From IMG/VR virus record IMGVR_UViG_3300037484_000448, positions 1-26,138 of that record: a stretch of DNA of 26,138 bases; one strand, written 5' to 3'. Numbering within the stretch: the stretch's first letter is position 1; each line of letters begins with the position of its first letter. The position numbers were made by a program, and so were the translations under genes. Shown in pieces: positions 24,296 to 26,138 of the stretch. This DNA comes from a virus (taxonomy: Duplodnaviria > Caudoviricetes). The notes under the pieces were generated by a model that saw nothing but the letters and a program-made list of their open reading frames with translations, did not search any database and was not told where the DNA came from.

Positions 24296-25570
24296 ATGGC
24301 CAACGTCTACACGATGACTGCTGGATTGCCCGTTACCAAGGACGGTGCTACGCCCAGCGGCAACACGTACTACCTCGCGGCAGGGCTCCCGCCGGCGGTG
24401 GTGGCGTCTGGCGGCGAGACAATATCCGAGACCTCAACTGCAGCACTCTCAGATTCGCTGACAGCGGTCCTGAAGACAGCAGCTAGTGCAGCGGACACGG
24501 CGGCTCTGTCGGACTCTGCGACTGCTGTGTTGATTGCCACGGCATCCGCTTGCGACACGGCGGCTCTGTCGGACTCTGCGACTGCTGTGTTGATTGCCAC
24601 GGCATCCGTGACCGACACGACCTCTCTGTCTGATTCCGTGGCAACGGTGCTGGTGAGCCCCGGGGAGATCAATCAATCTGACACGCTGTCTTTGTTAGAT
24701 AGCATTGGAGCCACGCTGGCGGCGACCACCCTCGCGTCGGACACCGCAGCCTTGTCAGACTCGGCGACCGCCGTGCTGGTCGCCGTCGCGTCCGCAAGCG
24801 ACACGATCGCGTTAAGTGACTCGTCGTTAGCGGCATTGGTTGCGGCAGCGTCGCTGTCGAACACGCTCTCGCTGTCAGACTCGGCCACGACGGCCTTGAC
24901 CGCTACTGAAATCGCGGTAGACACGGCAGCGTTCTCAGACATCCTGGAGACTCTGCTGACGACATCCCTAATGGATGCCGACGAATCGGACGCCATTAGC
25001 CTGACCGACGCCGTGACGGCTGTCCTGACGGCCGCAGCCAGCGTCAGCGACAACCTGGCTCTGTCAGACTCGGCCGAGGCTCAGATATCAGCCTTGTTGT
25101 CCACGACCGGCATCTTCACTATCACTCGGATCACGGAGACGCGGACCGCGACGTCGGGGAGTTCTCCGCAGACGCTTGCCGACCTCTTGGGCACGATGAT
25201 CTACGACATCCAGAACGGAACGTTCGACGGGTCCGACTACTCGTTCTCCGGACTCCTGGAAGACCGCAGCTTCGACCAGGACGACACGGACGCCTACGAG
25301 TTGCTCTGCGTGGCGGCGACTCTCTGCGGAGACAACCCGACGGACAGTCCGTTCATGGCGTCAGGCTACACCGTTCTGCATCCAGTGCTTGCCTACGTCA
25401 TGGACTGCCAGGACACGGACCTGGAGACGGTCGCCAGGGTGTTGGCCGCATTGCTCTCCTGGAAGCGGTGGAGCTACCTGAGGCCGGCGAGCGTCACCGG
25501 TGGTAGAATGGGCGCAGCGAGTGCTGCGGGCGGCAGGATGGGCGCCGCGAGCGTCACAGGGGGACGATGA
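24296..25570 (+). CDS. Ser/Thr/Ala-rich repeat structural protein (about 11 repeats of ~20 aa)
   Basis: D-T-x-x-L-S-D-S repeats; three degenerate TEDR...LA.VL.TL motifs; C-terminal GGRMGAAS repeats. Confidence 0.8.
   Translation: MANVYTMTAGLPVTKDGATPSGNTYYLAAGLPPAVVASGGETISETSTAALSDSLTAVLKTAASAADTAALSDSATAVLIATASACDTAALSDSATAVLIATASVTDTTSLSDSVATVLVSPGEINQSDTLSLLDSIGATLAATTLASDTAALSDSATAVLVAVASASDTIALSDSSLAALVAAASLSNTLSLSDSATTALTATEIAVDTAAFSDILETLLTTSLMDADESDAISLTDAVTAVLTAAASVSDNLALSDSAEAQISALLSTTGIFTITRITETRTATSGSSPQTLADLLGTMIYDIQNGTFDGSDYSFSGLLEDRSFDQDDTDAYELLCVAATLCGDNPTDSPFMASGYTVLHPVLAYVMDCQDTDLETVARVLAALLSWKRWSYLRPASVTGGRMGAASAAGGRMGAASVTGGR
24494..24608 (+). repeat. Tandem duplication with 60-bp period (55 bp exact)
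   Basis: 24494-24548 identical to 24554-24608. Confidence 0.95.
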
Positions 25571-25571
25571 C

Positions 25572-25982
25572 ATGGCCGCATGCTTCGAGCGAACGTTCTA
25601 CCTGGGCCGGACGACCGTCCACTACTTCGACCTGTACGAGTCGAACGGAGAGACGGTCGTCAATCTGGACGACACGGACTACATCAGGCTCGCGGCAGGG
25701 CGGGGAGCGATGGACCCGTCGCCGATCTTGGATCTAGTCTGGGGTGCGACGACTGCCGGCGGCAGCGGGATCGACATCCTGGACCGCGGGACCGCGACAA
25801 CGCCCGCCAGGGTCGCGATCACGATCGGCCAGAACGAGTCGATCCAACCGGGGACCTACGACGTTGAGTTCTCGGTGGTGGACGACTCGGTGGCGTCGCC
25901 GATCGCGGACCCGACTCTGCCGATCATGCGGGGCATCATCCACATCATCGACACGATCGGCGGATCGGTCGGAAAACCCTAA
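25572..25982 (+). CDS. Putative virion protein (Ig-like / BppU N-terminal-like)
   Basis: Start ATG 25572; ...V.NL......GTYDVEF.V.D...G.I.I pattern. Confidence 0.55.
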   Translation: MAACFERTFYLGRTTVHYFDLYESNGETVVNLDDTDYIRLAAGRGAMDPSPILDLVWGATTAGGSGIDILDRGTATTPARVAITIGQNESIQPGTYDVEFSVVDDSVASPIADPTLPIMRGIIHIIDTIGGSVGKP

Positions 25983-26001
25983 GCCAGGAGAGGGACTCGC
26001 A

Positions 26002-26138
26002 ATGGCCATACACAGGCAGCCGGAGATCGCGACGATGGCCGAGGCGCTGAGCTACCTCGGGCTGGGCTCGGCGGCTGACGACAACGCGATCGCCCAACTG
26101 CAGTCGATCAAGCACACCGCCGAATCCGTGATCCGCAG
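26002..26138 (+). CDS. Head-tail connector (HK97 gp6-like), 5' part; runs off window
   Basis: AGGAG RBS; MAIHRQPEIATMAEALSYLGLGSAADDNAIAQLQSIKHTAESVIR resembles T.AE.K.YL....DD..L..I..AE..I. Confidence 0.7.
   Translation, partial: MAIHRQPEIATMAEALSYLGLGSAADDNAIAQLQSIKHTAESVIR

Larger units (their letters stand above)
1..26138 (+). mobile_element. Tailed dsDNA phage/prophage segment (DNA packaging, head morphogenesis and accessory structural region)
   Basis: Co-oriented terminase, portal, gpF-like, protease, scaffold, HK97-fold capsid and head-tail connector genes; no housekeeping genes; no att site or integrase in the window. Confidence 0.97.

Noticed and set aside
24420-25080. Periodic repeats as a possible CRISPR array
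   Set aside because: In-frame 60-bp coding repeats with no constant repeat / unique spacer structure
1-26138. Stop-codon reassignment or diversity-generating retroelement
   Set aside because: Core genes are full length in the standard code with TAA, TAG and TGA all used as stops; no reverse transcriptase or adenine-specific TR/VR pair seen

Overview
All 26 kb look like the genome of a tailed dsDNA phage or prophage (Caudoviricetes, HK97-type head module), transcribed almost entirely on the + strand. Gene order: short overlapping hypothetical genes (1-2.2 kb); terminase large subunit; HK97-family portal; Mu gpF/SPP1 gp7-like head morphogenesis protein; XkdF-like prohead protease; scaffold; major capsid protein; capsid decoration-like protein. 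About 13.4 kb of accessory, membrane and fibre genes follow (DUF1353, holin-like proteins, papain-like and trypsin-like proteases, thermonuclease, glycosyltransferase-methyltransferase fusion, beta-helix and Ser/Thr-repeat proteins), then a gp6-like head-tail connector cut by the window edge. Several small proteins suggest a Planctomycetota host (inference). The most striking element is a 326-aa intein (6533-7510) in the NCRC motif of the gpF-like gene. It has no recognisable in-frame homing endonuclease. Instead, the opposite strand encodes a complete HTH + DUF559/Vsr-like endonuclease (7438-6578) with its own RBS and a near-consensus sigma70 promoter inside the intein's C-terminal splicing blocks. 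Family calls come from motif recognition by eye; no database searches were run.
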